A DNA stretch of 64,000 nucleotides, taken from positions 121 to 64,120 of the forward strand of contig CACYKR010000012.1 in assembly GCA_902774995.1 (NCBI GenBank), in the 5' to 3' direction. Source of the DNA: an uncultured Bacteroidales bacterium. GTDB taxonomy: Bacteria; Bacteroidota; Bacteroidia; Bacteroidales; Paludibacteraceae. Every line of letters starts with the position of its first letter. The stretch's first letter is position 1. A program made the translations under genes and the position numbers. The notes under the pieces are model-generated. The model was not told the DNA's origin and did no database searches. It saw only the letters and a list, made by a program, of their open reading frames with translations. Positions 62,601 to 64,000 of the stretch are shown here, piece by piece.

Positions 62601-64000
62601 ATATTGGAAGACCATGACCCAGCGTTATACAGGGCGCGGGGCACGGCGGAACTTCAAACCGAAGACCTACACGCAGACCGTAACGCTGAAGAAAGGCGAG
62701 GCCATCGAGGTGACCCACCGCCTGAACAGCGAGCTGCTCAATATCGCCGTAGCGGACTCTACGGGCAAGAGTGTGCCTGTCTCGTTCCGCCCGGAAGGCA
62801 ACACCAAGGTGACCATCACTCCGAAAGCCGATTGCGCACAAGCAACGATCACTGTCACGACACGTGACCCGAACCAGCGGACGCCGGCACAGGTGACGGG
62901 TGATATGTTCGCTTACTTGGGTACGCTGGTTCGCAAGCTGCAAATCACCTATCGCGAGACGAACTCTCGCGTTCGGTTTCATCCCCAAAGACATGATGGA
63001 GCGCGCCCAGCGCCACCACTGGCTGTCCGGCGACACGTCCGTCGTACAACCGGCAGTACGTGCGCATACCTCGGATTTGGATGTCAAACTGACGTTAGAG
63101 CCGCTGCCGGGCTTCAAGATCCAGCTGAGCGGCAAGCGGTATATGGCGTCCTCCACCTCGATCATCTCCAGCTACGGCACACCGCAAGAGACCACCACCG
63201 GTTCGTTCAACATCACACAGGTAGCCATCGGAACCGCTTTCAGCCGTATCGGCAAGCAGGAAGAGAACTTCGCCAACGCCACGTTCGACAAGTTCCTGGA
63301 GAACCGCGAGATACTGACCGAGCGCGTACAGAACCAATATACGGGTCTTGCGATGCCTGACGGCGGATTCCTGAGCGGCACGCCGGTAGCCGGCAAACGC
63401 TATGACCCCTCCAAACACGGACGTATCAGCAACAACTCCGCCGATGTACTGGTTCCGGCATTCCTGGCCGCCTACACCGGCCGCGATGCGAGAAGCGTGA
63501 GTCTCAACCCGTTCTTAGGTATCCTGAGCATACTGCCGAACTGGTCCGTCACCTTCGACGGGTTAGGCAAACTGCCGTGGATCAAGGACCACTTCAAATC
63601 CGTGACGCTGACCCACGCCTATACCTGTAAGTACGCCATCGGTTCGTTCGGTTCCTACTCTACATGGGTAGGCGCAGACGGCAACAACAAGCAGATCGGT
63701 TTCGTTCGTGACATGACCCGCAGCCTCTCCGGCGAGGACGGCAGTATATACGACGCAATGCGCCCCAGCTCGGCTTATGACATCAGCAACGTCTCCCTTA
63801 CGGAAGCTTTCTCGCCGCTCATCGGTCTGAATATGACGATGAAGAACTCGCTCAGCTTCAAAGCGGAGTACCGCAAGCAGCGCAACCTGACGCTGAACGT
63901 GACCTCCGTACAGCTGACAGAGGGTCATACCAACGAGTTTGTCATCGGAGGCGGATACACCATCAAGAACCTCAACTTTGTCTCCAAGCGCCGCGACGGC
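56632..64000 (+). pseudogene. sprA: T9SS translocon protein SprA, interrupted by an apparent +1 frame change near 62960..62970; the 3' end runs off the window
   Basis: This is a giant ORF. Its start is uncertain: GTG at 56632, or TTG at 56659 giving MKRTIQHILLVSLLLWLPMAAMDSSAQ. Frame A reads sensibly up to ...LQITYRETNS and then turns into an Arg/His-rich sequence until the stop at 63360. Frame A+1 is closed by a TGA at 62894..62896. From 62966 to 64000 it reads LAFGFIPKDMMERAQ...NLTLNVTSVQLTEGHTNEFVIGGGYTIKNLNF with no stop. The gene size (over 2400 aa) and beta-rich repetitive content fit SprA. Confidence 0.8.

Noticed and set aside
62968-63360. C-terminal 131 codons of ORF 56632..63360 as genuine SprA sequence
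   Set aside because: The Arg/His/Pro-rich translation is unlike the rest of the protein. The +1 frame gives a beta-rich SprA-like continuation that stays open to the end of the window.

Overview
The window looks like a chromosomal segment of a Bacteroidales (Bacteroidota) genome. The evidence is SusC/SusD pairs, TAnnTTTG -7 promoter boxes, and T9SS components (SprA, GldG and cargo carrying a C-terminal sorting domain). GC is roughly 55% by eye. It falls across a glycan-synthesis locus at about 40.7-51 kb, with the lowest stretch near 47.9-49.6 kb.

Gene content from left to right:
- A TarI-like and TagF-like pair.
- A compact minus-strand dextran-type PUL: SusR-like regulator, SusC, SusD, SusE/F-like, GH66.
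- A CE12 esterase and nrdDG.
- A secreted protein of unknown function.
- A GH53 galactanase.
- A TolC/HlyD/2x ABC-2 efflux operon.
- An OMP, a small lipoprotein, trpS, an Lrp regulator and a PL1 pectate lyase.
- An O-methyltransferase and a double-parvulin PPIase.
- gldG, a LysM-PBP protein, a beta-barrel OMP and kduI.
- GT9, parA, parB, DUF5683 and an MltD-like protein.
- A MerR/GtrA/flavoenzyme/GT-C/YfhO operon.
- A minus-strand array: thiL, kdsC, ispD, GT4, kpsF, a spacer, a Bcs1-like CDP-ribitol synthase, LicD, GT4 and GT2.
- ruvA and sprA.

I found no rRNA, tRNA, CRISPR array, transposase, integrase or recognisable defence genes.

Main observations:
1. parA is split by a perfect 25-bp tandem duplication.
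2. sprA carries a +1 frame break near 62.96 kb.
3. Short degenerate tandem repeats are unusually dense, both between genes and in frame inside conserved genes and signal peptides.
4. A roughly 210-nt candidate structured RNA lies upstream of the TolC operon.
5. A GtrA/Glf-like flavoenzyme/GT-C/YfhO operon sits next to a CDP-ribitol/LicD cassette, which is teichoic-acid-type chemistry in a Gram-negative.
6. Three secreted proteins share a short C-terminal tail.

All functional calls come from reading motifs by eye. No database search was run.
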